From the NCBI GenBank assembly GCA_964016885.1, contig OZ024740.1, positions 426,002,001 to 426,066,000 of the forward strand: a stretch of DNA of 64,000 nucleotides, given 5' to 3'. The translations under genes and the position numbers were made by a program. Shown here piece after piece: positions 35,501 to 53,500 of this stretch. Under the pieces are notes generated by a model that was not told the DNA's origin, did no database searches, and saw only the letters and a list, made by a program, of their open reading frames with translations. Within the stretch, counting starts at the first letter, position 1, and each line of letters begins with the position of its first letter. Source of the DNA: Eledone cirrhosa. Lineage: Eukaryota.

Positions 35501-38500
35501 CACCAACAACACCACAACCACCAACAACACCACAACCACCAACAACACCACAACCACCAACAATACCACAACAAACAACAACACCAAAACCACCACAACC
35601 ACCAACAACACCAGAACTAGCAACAACACCAGAACCACCAACAACAACACAACCACCACCAAAATCACAACGACTAACAACACCACAACCACCAACAACA
35701 CGACAACCAACAACAACAACACAACCACCAACAGCATCACAACCTCCAACAACACAACAACCGCCAACAACACCAACAACACCACAACCACCAACAACAT
35801 CGCAACCAACAACAACACCACAACCAACAACAATAACACAACCACCAACAACAACACAACCACCAACAACACCACAACCACTAACAACACCACAACCACC
35901 ACAAGCACCAACAACACCACAACCAACAACAACACCACAACCACCAACAACACCAGCACCACCACAACCACCAACAACACCACAACCAACAACAACACCA
36001 CAACCACCAACAACATCAAAACCACCAACAACACCACAAGCACCAACAACACCACAACCACCAGAACCATCAACAACACGACAACCAACAACAACACCGC
36101 AACCACGAACAACACCAGAAACACCAACAACACCACAACCACCAACACCACAACCACCAAAAACATCACAACCTCCAACAATAAAACCACCACCACCAAC
36201 AACACCACATCCACCAACAACAACACCACAACCACCAACAACATCACAACCTCCAACAACAAAACCACAGCCACCAACAACACCACAACCACCAACAACA
36301 CCACAACCACCTACAATACTACAACCACCAACAACACCACAACCACCAACAACACCAAAACCAACAACAACACCAAAGCCAGCAACAACATCAAAACCAC
36401 CTACAAAACCACAACAACCAACAACATCACAACCAACAACAACCATACCACAACCACCAACAACAACACCACAACCATCAACAACATGACAACAGCCAAC
36501 AACACAACAATCACCAACATCATCACAACCAACAACAACACCACAACCAACAACAAAACCACAACCAACAGCAACACCACAACCAGCAACAACACCACAA
36601 CCAACAACAACACCACAACCACCAACAACACTACAACCACCAACAACAACACCACAACCACCAACAACACCACCACAACCACCAACAACATCACAACTAA
36701 CAACACCACAACCACCAACAACACCACAACCAACAACAACACCACAACCACCAACAGCACAACAACCACCAGCAACACTACAGCTACCAACAACAACACC
36801 ACAACCACCACCAACAACACCACAACCACCAACAACAAAACCACAACCACCAACAATATCACAACCAACAACACGACAACCACCAACAACACCACAACCA
36901 GCAATAACACCACAACCACCACAACCACCAACAACACAACAACCACCAACAATACCAGAACCACCAACAACACCACAACCACCACAACCACCAACAACAC
37001 CACAACCATCAACAACATAACAACCAACAACAACATCACAACCACAACAATACTACAACATTCAACAACACCACAACCACCAACAACACCACAACCAAAA
37101 ACAACACCAGAACCACCAACAACACTACTACCACCAACAACAACACCACAACCACCACCAACAACACCACAACCACCAACAACACCACAACCACCACAAC
37201 CATCAACAATACCACAACCACCAATAACACCACCACAACCACCAACAACATCACAACCAACAACACCACAACCACCAACAACACCACAACCAACAACTAC
37301 ATCACAACCAACAACAACATCACAACCACCAACAATACCACAACCAACAACAACACCACAACCACCAACAACACCACAACCACCAACAACACCACCACCA
37401 ACAACACCACAACCACCAACAACACCACAACCACCCACAACATCGCAACCCACAACGACAACACCACAACCACCAACAACACCACAACCACCAAGAACAT
37501 CACAACCAACAACAAACCTACAACCACCAACAACACCACAACCACCAACAACATCACAATAACCAACAACCTTACAGCCACCAACAACACCACAACCACC
37601 AACAACATCACAACCAACAACACCACAACCACCAACAACAACACAACCAACAACTACATCACAACCAACAACAACATCACAACCACCAACAATACCACAA
37701 CCAACAACAACACCACAACCACCAATAACACCACAACCACCAACAACACCACCACCAACAACACCACAACCACCAACAATACCACAACCACCAACAACAT
37801 CGCAACTAAGAACAACACCAAAACGACCAACAACATCAACACCAACAACTACACCACAAACTCCAACAACACCACAACCACCAACAACATCACAACAGCC
37901 AACAATAACACAACCACCAACAACACCACAACCACCAACAACAACACCACAACCACCAATATCATAACAACCAACAACAACACCACAACCACCAACAAGG
38001 CCACAACCACCAACAACACGACAACCACCAACAATACCACAACCAACAACAACACCACAACCACCACAACCACCAACAACACCACAACCACCAACAACAC
38101 CACTACCACCAACAACACCACAACCACCACAACCATCAACAATACCACACCCACCAACAACACCACCACAACCACCAACAACATCACAACCAACAACACC
38201 ACAACCACCAACAACACCACAACCTACAACTACATCACAACCAACAACAACAACACAACCACCAACAATACCACAACCAACAACAACACCACAACCACCA
38301 ACAACACCACAACAACGAACAACACCACCACCAACAACACCACAACCACCAACAATACCACAACCACCAACAACATCGCAACCAACAACGACAACACCAC
38401 AACCACCAACAACACCACAACCTACAACTACATCACAACCAACAACAACAACACAACCACCAACAATACCACAACCAACAACAACACCACAACCACCAAC

Positions 38501-41500
38501 AACACCACAACAACGAACAACACCACCACCAACAACATCACAACCACCAACAATACCACAACCACCAACAACATCGCAACCAACAACGACAACACCACAA
38601 CCACCAACAACACCACAACCACCAAGAACATCACAACCAACAACAAACCTACAACCACCAACAACACCACAACCAGCAACAACATCACAACAACCAACAA
38701 CACCACAACCACCAACAACACCACAACTAAGAACAACACCAAAACGACCAACAACATCAACACCAACAACAACACCACAAACTCCAACAACACCACAACC
38801 ACCAACAACATCACAACAGCCAACAATACCACAACCACCAACAACAACACCACAACCACCAATATCATCACAACCAACAACAACACCACAACCACCAACA
38901 ACACCACAACCAACAACAACACCACAACCAGGAACAACACTACAACCATCAACAACACCACAACCACCAACAACACCACAACGAACAACAACATCACAGC
39001 CAGCAAAAACATAAAAACCACCAACAACACCACAACCACCAACAACACCACAACCACCACAACCACCAACAAAACCACAACCACCAACAATACCACAACC
39101 AACAACAACACCACAACCACCACAACCACCAACAAAACCACAAGCACCAACAACACCAGAACTAGCAACAACACCAGAACCACCAACAACAACACAACCA
39201 CCACCAACATCACAACCACTAACAACACCACAACCACCAACAACACGACAACCAACAACAACAACACAACCACCAACAGCATCACAAACTCCAACAACAC
39301 AACAACCGCCAACAACACCACCACCAACAACGCCACAACTACCAACAACATCACAACCACCAACAACACCACAAACAACAACAATACCACAACCACAAAC
39401 AACATCACAACCACCAACAACACCACAACCACCAACAACACTACAACAACCAACAACACCACAACCACCAACAACATCACAACCACCTACAACACCACAT
39501 CCACCTACAACGTCACAAGCAACAACAACACCACAACCACCAACAACACCACAACCACCAACAACATCACAACCTCCAACAACAAAACCACAACCACCAA
39601 CAACACCACAACCACCAACAACACCACAACCACCAACAATACTACAACCACCAACAACACCACAACCACCAACAACACCAAAACCAACAACAACACCAAA
39701 GCCACCAACAACATCAAAACCACCAACAAAACCACAACAACCAACAACATCACAACCAACAACAACCATACCACAACCACCAACAACAACACCACAACCA
39801 CCAACAACATGACAACAGCCAACAACACCACAATCACAAACATCATCACAACCAACAACAACACCACAACCATCAACACAACCACAACCAACAACAACAC
39901 CACAACCACCAACAACACTACAACCACCACCAACAACACCACAAACCCCAACAACACCACCACAACCACCAACAACATCACAACCAACAACACCACAACC
40001 TCCAACAAAACCACAACCACCAACAACACCACAACCACCACAACTATCAACAATACCACAACCACCAACAATACCACGACCAACGACAACACCACAACCA
40101 ACAACAACACCACAACCATCAACAACAATACAACCACCAACAACAACACCACAACCACCAACAACACCACCACAACCACCAACAACATCACAACTAACAA
40201 CACCACAACCACCAACAACACCACAACCAACAACAACACCACAACAACCAACAACAACACAACAACCACCAACAACACAACAACCACCAGCAACACTACA
40301 GCTACCAACAACAACCCCACAACCACCACAAACAACACCACAACCACCAACAACAAAACCACAACCACCAACAATATCACAACCAACAACACAACAACCA
40401 CAACCAACACCACAACCAGCAATAACACCACAACCACCACAACCACCAACAACACAACAACCACCAACAATACCAGAAGCAACAACAACACCACAACCAA
40501 CACAACAACCAACAACATCACAACCATCAACAACATCACAACCAACAACAACATGACAACCACAACAATACTACAACATTCAACAACACCAAAACCACCA
40601 AAAACACCACAACCAAAAACAACACCAGAACCACCAACAACACTACTACCACCAACAACAACACCACAACCACCACCAACAACACCACAACCACCAACAA
40701 CACCACCACAACCTCCAACAACATCACAACCAACAACACCAGAACCACCAACAACACCAGAACCACCAACAACACCACAACCACCACAACCACCAACAAG
40801 GCCACAACCACCACAACCACCAACAACACGACAACCACCAACAATACCACAACCAACAACAACACCACAACCACCACAACCACCAACAACACCACAACCA
40901 CTAACAACACCACAACCACCAACAACACCACAACCACCACAACCATCAACAATACCACAACCACCAACAACACCACCACAACCACCAACAACATCACAAC
41001 CAACAACACCACAACCAACAACTACATCACAACCAACAACAACATCACAACCACCAACAATACCACAACCAACAACAACACCACAACCACCAACAACACC
41101 ACAACCACCAACAACACCACCACCAACAACACCACAAACACCAACAACACCACAACCACCCACAACATCGCGACCAACAACGACAACACCACAACCACCA
41201 ACAACACCACAACCACCAAGAACATCACAACCAACAACAAACCTACAACCACCAACAACACCACAACCACCAACAACATCACAACAACCAACAACCCCAG
41301 AGCCACCAACAGCACCACAACCACCGAAAACACCACAACTAAGAACAACACCAAAACGACCAACAACATCAACACCAACAACAACACCACAAACTCCAAC
41401 AACACCACAACCACCAACAACATCACAACAGTCAACAATACCACAACCACCAACAACACCACAACCACCAACAACAACACCACAACCACCAATATCATCA

Positions 41501-44500
41501 CAACCAACAACAACACCACAACCACCAACAAGGCCACAACCACCACAACCACCAACAACACGACAACCACCAACAATACCACAACCAGCAACAACACCAC
41601 CACCACCACAACCACCAACAACACCACTACCACCAACAACACCACAACCACCACAACCATCAACAATAACACAACCACCAACAACACCACCACAACCACC
41701 AACAACATCACAACCAACAACACCACAAGCACCAACAACACCACAACCAACAACTACATCACAACCAACAACAACATCACAACCACCAACAATACCACAA
41801 CCAACAACAACACCACAACCACCAACAACACCACAACCACCAACAACACCACCACCAACAACACCACAACCACCAACAACACCACAACCACCAACAACAT
41901 CGCAACCAACAACGACAACACCACAACCACCAACAACACCACAACCAACAAGAACATCACGACCAACAACAAACCTACAACCACCAACAACACCACAACC
42001 CCCAACAACATCACAAAAACCAACAACCCCACCGCCACCAACAACACCACAACCACCAACAACACCACAACGAAGAACAACACCAAAACGACCAACAACA
42101 TCAACACCAACAACAACACCACAAACACCAACAACACCACAACCACCAACAACATCACAACAGCCAACAATACCACAGCCACCAACAACACCACAACCAC
42201 CAACAACAACACCACAACCACCAACAACACCACGACCACCAACAACACCACAACGAACAACAACACCACAACCACCAACAACATCACAACCACCAACAAT
42301 ACCACAACCAACAACAACACCACAACCACCAACAACACTACAACCAACAACAACACAACAACCACCAACAACACCACCACCAACAACACCACAACCACCA
42401 ACAACACCACAACCACCAACAACATCGCAACCAACAACGACAACACCACAACCACCAACAACACCACAACCACCAAGAACATCACGACCAACAACAAACC
42501 TACAACCACCAACAACACCACAACCACCAACAACATCACAAAAACCAACAACCCCACCGCCACCAACAACACCACAACCACCAACAACACCACAACGAAG
42601 AACAACACCAAAACGACCAACAACATCAACACCAACAAAAACACCACAAACACCAACAACACCACAACCACCAACAACACCACAACGAACAACAACATCA
42701 CAACCACCAACAACATCACAGCCAGCAACAACATAAAAATCACCAACAACACCACAACCACCAACAACACCACCAACAACACCACAACCACCAACAACAC
42801 CACCACCAACAACACCACAACCACCATCAACCACCAACAAAACCACAAGCACTAACAACTCCAGAACTAGCAACAACACCAGAACCACCAACAACAACAC
42901 AAACACCACCAACATCACAACCACTAACAACACCACAACCACCAACAACACGACAACCAACAACAAAAACACAACCACCAACAGCATCACAACCTCCAAC
43001 AACACAACAACCGCCAACAACACACACCACCAACAACACCACAACCACCAACAACATCGTAACCAACAACAACACCACAACCAACAACAATAACACAACC
43101 ACCAACAACAACACAACCACCAACAACACCACAACCACCAACTACACCACAACCACCACAAGCACCAACAACAACACAACCAACAACAACACCACCACCA
43201 CCAACAACATCAACACCACCAACAACACCACAAGCACCAACAACACCACAACCTCCACAACCATCAACAACACCACAACCATCAACAACACCGCAACCAC
43301 GAACAACACCAGAACCACCAACAACACCACAACCATCAACAACACCGCAACCACGAACAACACCAGAACGACCAACAACACCACAACCACCAAACAACAT
43401 CACAACCTCCAACAATAAAACCACAACCACCACCAGCAACACCACAACCACCAACAACACCACCACAACCACCAACAACACCACAACCACCAACAACACC
43501 AGAACAACCAACAACACCACAACCACCACAAACACCAACAAGGCCACAACCACCACAACCACCAACAACACGACAACCACCAACAATACCGCAACCAACA
43601 ACAACACCACAACCACCATAACCATCAACAATACCACAACCACCAACAACATCACAACCAACAACAACATCACAACCAACAACAACATCACAACCACCAA
43701 CAATACCACAAATAACAACAACACCACAACCACCAACAACACCACAACCACCAACAACACCACCACCACCAACAACACCACAACCACCAACAATACCACA
43801 ACCACCAACAACATCGCAACCAACAACGACAACACCACAACCACCAACAAAACCACAGCCACCAAGAACATCACAAACAACAACAAACCTACAACCACCA
43901 ACAACACCACAACCACCAACAACACCACAACCACCAACAACAACACCACAACCACCAACAACACCACAACCACCAACAACATCACAACAACCAACAACCC
44001 CACAGCCACCAACAACACCACAACCACCAACAACACCAGAAACCACGAACAACACCAAAACGACCAACAACATCAACACCACCAACAACACCACAAACTC
44101 CAACAACACCACAACCACCAACAACATCACAACAGCCAACAATACCACAACCACCAACAACACCACAACCACCAACAACAACACCACAACCACCAATATC
44201 ATCACAACCACCAACAACACCACAACCATCAACAACACCACAACAAACAACAACACCACAACCACCAACAACATCACAACCACCAACAATACCACAACCA
44301 ACAACAACACCACAACCACCAACAACACTACAACCATCAACAACACCACAACCACCAACATCACCACAACGAACAACAACATCACGACCACCAACAACAT
44401 CACAGCCAGCAACATCATAAAAACCACCAACAACACCACAACCACCAACAACACCACAACCACCACAACCACCAACAACACCACAACCACCAACAATACC

Positions 44501-47500
44501 ACAACCAACAACAACACCACAACCACCACAACCACCAACAAAACCACAACCACCAACAACATCAGAACCAGCAACAACACCACAACCACCAACAACACCA
44601 CAACCACCATCAACAACACCACAACCACCAACAACACCACAACCAACAACAACACCACAACCACCATCAACAACACCACAGCAACCAACAACCGCAGAGC
44701 CACCAACAACACCACAACCACCAACAACACGACAACCACGAACAACACCAAAACGACCAACAACATCAACACCAACAACAACGCCACAAACTCCAACAAC
44801 ACCACAACCACCAACAACATCACAACAGCCAACAATACCACAACCACCAACAAAACCACAACCACCAACAACAACACCACAACCACCAATATCATCACAA
44901 CCACCAACAACACCACAACCACCAACAACACCACAACCAACAACAACACCACAACCACCAACAACATCACAACCACCAACAATACCACAACCAACAACAA
45001 CACCACAGCCACCAACAAGACTACAACCATCAACAACACCACAACCACCAACATCACCACAACGAACAACAACATCACCACCACCAACAACATCACAGCC
45101 AGCAACAACATAAAAACCACCAACAACGGCACAACCACCAACAACACGACAACCACCAACAATACCACAACCACCAACAACACCACAACCACCACAAACA
45201 TCAACAATACCACAACCACCAACATCACAACCAACAACAACATCACAACCACCAACAATGCCACAACCAACAACAACACCACAACCACCAACAACACCTC
45301 TACCACCAAAAACACCACCACCACCAACAACACCACAACCACCAACAATACCACAACCACCAACAACACCACAACCAACAACAACATCACAATCAACAAC
45401 AACATCACAACCACCAACAATACCACAACCAACAACAACACCCCAACCACCAACAACACCACAACCACCAACAACACCACCACCACCAACAACACCACAA
45501 CCAACAACAACATCACAATCAACAACAACATCACAACCACCAACAATACCACAACCAACAACAACACCACAACCACCAACAACACCACAACCACCATCGA
45601 CACCACCACCACCAACAACACCACAACCACCAACAATTCCACAAGCACCAACAACATCGCAACCAACAACGACAACACCACAACCACCAACAACACCACA
45701 ACCACCAAGAACATCACAACCAACAACAAACCTACAACCACCAACAACACCACAACCACCAACAACAACACCACAACCACCAACAACACCACAACCACCA
45801 ACAACACCACAACCACCATCAACAACACCACAACAACCAACAACCGCAGAGCCACCAACAACACCACAACCACCAACAACACCACAACCACGAACAACAC
45901 CAAAACGACCAACAACATCAACACCAACAACAACAGCACAAACTCCAACAACACCACAACCACCAACAACATCACAACAGCCAACAATACCACAACCACC
46001 AACAAAACCACAACCACCAACAACAACACCACAACCACCAATATCATCACAACCACCAACAACACCACAACCACCAACAACACCACAACCAACAACAACA
46101 CCACAACCACCAACAACATCACAACCACCAACAATACCACAACCAACAACAACACCACAGCCACCAACAACACTACAACCATCAACAACACCACAACCAC
46201 CAACATCACCACAACGAACAACAACATCACCACCACCAACAACATCACAGCCAGCAACAACATAAAAACCACCAACAACACCACAACCATCAACAACACC
46301 ACAAGCACCACAACCACCAACAACACCACAACCACCAACAATACCACAACCAACAACAACACCACAACCACCACAACCACCCACAAAACCACAACCACCA
46401 ACAACACCTGAACCAGCAACAACACCACAAACACCAACAACAACACAACAACCACCAACATCACTACCACTAACAACACCACAACCACCAACAACACGAC
46501 AACCAACAACAACAACACAACAACCAACAACACCAGAACCACCAACAACACCACAACCACCAACAACACCACAACCACCACAACCATCAACAACACCACA
46601 ACCAACAACAACACCGCAACCACGAACAACACCAGAAACACCAACAACACCACAACCACCAACAACACAACCACCAAAAACATCACAACGTCCAAAAATA
46701 AAACCACAACCACCACCACCAACAACACCACAATCACCAACAACACCACCACAACCACCAACAACATCACAACTATCAACACCACAACCACCAACAACAC
46801 CAGAACCACCAACAACACCACAACCACCACAACCACCACAACCACCAACAAGGCCACAACCACCACAACCACCAACAACACGACAACCACCAACAATACC
46901 ACAACCAACAACAACACCACAAAACCACAACCACCAACAACACATCAACCACCAACAACACCACAAGCATCAACAACACCACAAACACCACAACCATCAA
47001 CAATACCACAACCACCAACAACATCACAACCAACAACACCACAACCACCAACAACACGACAACCAACAACAACATCACAACCAACAACAACATCACAACC
47101 ACCAACAATATCAAAACCAACAACAACACCACAACCACCAACAACACCACAACCGCCAACAACACCACCACCACCAACAACACCACAACCACCAACAATA
47201 CCACAACCACCAACAACATTGCAACCAAGAAACGACAACACCACAACCACCAACAACACCACAACCACCAAGAACATCACAACCAACAACAAACCTACAA
47301 CCACCAACAACACCACAACCACCAACAACAACACCACAACCACCAACAACACCACAACCACCAACAACATCACAACAACCAACAACCCCACAGCCACGAA
47401 CAACACCACAACCACCAACAACACCACAACCACCAACAACACCACAACCACCATCAACAACACCACAACAACCAACAACCGCAGTGCCACCAACAACACC

Positions 47501-50500
47501 ACAACCACCAACAACACCACAACCACGAACAACACCAAAACGACCAACAACATCAACACCAACAACAACACCACAAACTCCAACAACACCACAACCACCA
47601 ACAACATCACAACAGCCAACAATACCACAACCACCAACAAAACCACAACCACCAACAACAACACCACAACCACCAATATCATCACAACCACCAACAACAC
47701 CACAACCACCAACAACACCACAACCAACAACAACACCACAACCACCAACAACATCACAACCACCAACAATACCACAACCAACAACAACACCACAGCCACC
47801 AACAACACTACAACCATCAACAACACCACAACCACCAACATCACCACAACGAACAACAACATCACCACCACCAACAACATCACAGCCAGCAACAACATAA
47901 AAACCACCAACAACACCACAACCACCAACAACACCACAAGCACCACAACCACCAACAACACCACAACCACCAACAATACCACAACCAACAACAACACCAC
48001 AACCACCACAACCACCCACAAAACCACAACCACCAACAACACCTGAACCAGCAACAACACCACAACCACCAATATCATCACAACCAACAACAACACCACA
48101 ACCACCAACAAGGCCACAACCACCACAACCACCAACAACACGACAACCACCAACAATACCACAACCAGCAACAACACCACCACCACCACAACCACCAACA
48201 ACACCACTACCACCAACAACACCACAACCACCACAACCATCAACAATAACACAACCACCAACAACACCACCACAACCACCAACAACATCACAACCAACAA
48301 CACCACAAGCACCAACAACACCACAACCAACAACTACATCACAACCAACAACAACATCACAACCACCAACAATACCACAACCAACAACAACACCACAACC
48401 ACCAACAACACCACAACCACCAACAACACCACCACCAACAACACCACAACCACCAACAACACCACAACCACCAACAACATCGCAACCAACAACGACAACA
48501 CCACAACCACCAACAACACCACAACCAACAAGAACATCACGACCAACAACAAACCTACAACCACCAACAACACCACAACCCCCAACAACATCACAAAAAC
48601 CAACAACCCCACCGCCACCAACAACACCACAACCACCAACAACACCACAACGAAGAACAACACCAAAACGACCAACAACATCAACACCAACAACAACACC
48701 ACAAACACCAACAACACCACAACCACCAACAACATCACAACAGCCAACAATACCACAGCCACCAACAACACCACAACCACCAACAACAACACCACAACCA
48801 CCAACAACACCACGACCACCAACAACACCACAACGAACAACAACACCACAACCACCAACAACATCACAACCACCAACAATACCACAACCAACAACAACAC
48901 CACAACCACCAACAACACTACAACCAACAACAACACAACAACCACCAACAACACCACCACCAACAACACCACAACCACCAACAACACCACAACCACCAAC
49001 AACATCGCAACCAACAACGACAACACCACAACCACCAACAACACCACAACCACCAAGAACATCACGACCAACAACAAACCTACAACCACCAACAACACCA
49101 CAACCACCAACAACATCACAAAAACCAACAACCCCACCGCCACCAACAACACCACAACCACCAACAACACCACAACGAAGAACAACACCAAAACGACCAA
49201 CAACATCAACACCAACAAAAACACCACAAACACCAACAACACCACAACCACCAACAACACCACAACGAACAACAACATCACAACCACCAACAACATCACA
49301 GCCAGCAACAACATAAAAATCACCAACAACACCACAACCACCAACAACACCACCAACAACACCACAACCACCAACAACACCACCACCAACAACACCACAA
49401 CCACCATCAACCACCAACAAAACCACAAGCACTAACAACTCCAGAACTAGCAACAACACCAGAACCACCAACAACAACACAAACACCACCAACATCACAA
49501 CCACTAACAACACCACAACCACCAACAACACGACAACCAACAACAAAAACACAACCACCAACAGCATCACAACCTCCAACAACACAACAACCGCCAACAA
49601 CACACACCACCAACAACACCACAACCACCAACAACATCGTAACCAACAACAACACCACAACCAACAACAATAACACAACCACCAACAACAACACAACCAC
49701 CAACAACACCACAACCACCAACTACACCACAACCACCACAAGCACCAACAACAACACAACCAACAACAACACCACCACCACCAACAACATCAACACCACC
49801 AACAACACCACAAGCACCAACAACACCACAACCTCCACAACCATCAACAACACCACAACCATCAACAACACCGCAACCACGAACAACACCAGAACCACCA
49901 ACAACACCACAACCATCAACAACACCGCAACCACGAACAACACCAGAACGACCAACAACACCACAACCACCAAACAACATCACAACCTCCAACAATAAAA
50001 CCACAACCACCACCAGCAACACCACAACCACCAACAACACCACCACAACCACCAACAACACCACAACCACCAACAACACCAGAACAACCAACAACACCAC
50101 AACCACCACAAACACCAACAAGGCCACAACCACCACAACCACCAACAACACGACAACCACCAACAATACCGCAACCAACAACAACACCACAACCACCATA
50201 ACCATCAACAATACCACAACCACCAACAACATCACAACCAACAACAACATCACAACCAACAACAACATCACAACCACCAACAATACCACAAATAACAACA
50301 ACACCACAACCACCAACAACACCACAACCACCAACAACACCACAACCACCAACAATACCACAACCACCAACAACATCGCAACCAACAACGACAACACCAC
50401 AACCACCAACAAAACCACAGCCACCAAGAACATCACAAACAACAACAAACCTACAACCACCAACAACACCACAACCACCAACAACACCACAACCACCAAC

Positions 50501-53500
50501 AACAACACCACAACCACCAACAACACCACAACCACCAACAACATCACAACAACCAACAACCCCACAGCCACCAACAACACCACAACCACCAACAACACCA
50601 GAAACCACGAACAACACCAAAACGACCAACAACATCAACACCACCAACAACACCACAAACTCCAACAACACCACAACCACCAACAACATCACAACAGCCA
50701 ACAATACCACAACCACCAACAACACCACAACCACCAACAACAACACCACAACCACCAATATCATCACAACCACCAACAACACCACAACCATCAACAACAC
50801 CACAACAAACAACAACACCACAACCACCAACAACATCACAACCACCAACAATACCACAACCAACAACAACACCACAACCACCAACAACACTACAACCATC
50901 AACAACACCACAACCACCAACATCACCACAACGAACAACAACATCACGACCACCAACAACATCACAGCCAGCAACATCATAAAAACCACCAACAACACCA
51001 CAACCACCAACAACACCACAACCACCACAACCACCAACAACACCACAACCACCAACAATACCACAACCAACAACAACACCACAACCACCACAACCACCAA
51101 CAAAACCACAACCACCAACAACATCAGAACCAGCAACAACACCACAACCACCAACAACACCACAACCACCATCAACAACACCACAACCACCAACAACACC
51201 ACAACCACCAACAACACCACAACCACCATCAACAACACCACAGCAACCAACAACCGCAGAGCCACCAACAACACCACAACCACCAACAACACGACAACCA
51301 CGAACAACACCAAAACGACCAACAACATCAACACCAACAACAACGCCACAAACTCCAACAACACCACAACCACCAACAACATCACAACAGCCAACAATAC
51401 CACAACCACCAACAAAACCACAACCACCAACAACAACACCACAACCACCAATATCATCACAACCACCAACAACACCACAACCACCAACAACACCACAACC
51501 AACAACAACACCACAACCACCAACAACATCACAACCACCAACAATACCACAACCAACAACAACACCACAGCCACCAACAAGACTACAACCATCAACAACA
51601 CCACAACCACCAACATCACCACAACGAACAACAACATCACCACCACCAACAACATCACAGCCAGCAACAACATAAAAACCACCAACAACGGCACAACCAC
51701 CAACAACACGACAACCACCAACAATACCACAACCACCAACAACACCACAACCACCACAAACATCAACAATACCACAACCACCAACATCACAACCAACAAC
51801 AACATCACAACCACCAACAATGCCACAACCAACAACAACACCACAACCACCAACAACACCTCTACCACCAAAAACACCACCACCACCAACAACACCACAA
51901 CCACCAACAATACCACAACCACCAACAACACCACAACCAACAACAACATCACAATCAACAACAACATCACAACCACCAACAATACCACAACCAACAACAA
52001 CACCCCAACCACCAACAACACCACAACCACCAACAACACCACCACCACCAACAACACCACAACCAACAACAACATCACAATCAACAACAACATCACAACC
52101 ACCAACAATACCACAACCAACAACAACACCACAACCACCAACAACACCACAACCACCATCGACACCACCACCACCAACAACACCACAACCACCAACAATT
52201 CCACAAGCACCAACAACATCGCAACCAACAACGACAACACCACAACCACCAACAACACCACAACCACCAAGAACATCACAACCAACAACAAACCTACAAC
52301 CACCAACAACACCACAACCACCAACAACAACACCACAACCACCAACAACACCACAACCACCAACAACACCACAACCACCATCAACAACACCACAACAACC
52401 AACAACCGCAGAGCCACCAACAACACCACAACCACCAACAACACCACAACCACGAACAACACCAAAACGACCAACAACATCAACACCAACAACAACAGCA
52501 CAAACTCCAACAACACCACAACCACCAACAACATCACAACAGCCAACAATACCACAACCACCAACAAAACCACAACCACCAACAACAACACCACAACCAC
52601 CAATATCATCACAACCACCAACAACACCACAACCACCAACAACACCACAACCAACAACAACACCACAACCACCAACAACATCACAACCACCAACAATACC
52701 ACAACCAACAACAACACCACAGCCACCAACAACACTACAACCATCAACAACACCACAACCACCAACATCACCACAACGAACAACAACATCACCACCACCA
52801 ACAACATCACAGCCAGCAACAACATAAAAACCACCAACAACACCACAACCATCAACAACACCACAAGCACCACAACCACCAACAACACCACAACCACCAA
52901 CAATACCACAACCAACAACAACACCACAACCACCACAACCACCCACAAAACCACAACCACCAACAACACCTGAACCAGCAACAACACCACAAACACCAAC
53001 AACAACACAACAACCACCAACATCACTACCACTAACAACACCACAACCACCAACAACACGACAACCAACAACAACAACACAACAACCAACAACACCAGAA
53101 CCACCAACAACACCACAACCACCAACAACACCACAACCACCACAACCATCAACAACACCACAACCAACAACAACACCGCAACCACGAACAACACCAGAAA
53201 CACCAACAACACCACAACCACCAACAACACAACCACCAAAAACATCACAACGTCCAAAAATAAAACCACAACCACCACCACCAACAACACCACAATCACC
53301 AACAACACCACCACAACCACCAACAACATCACAACTATCAACACCACAACCACCAACAACACCAGAACCACCAACAACACCACAACCACCACAACCACCA
53401 CAACCACCAACAAGGCCACAACCACCACAACCACCAACAACACGACAACCACCAACAATACCACAACCAACAACAACACCACAAAACCACAACCACCAAC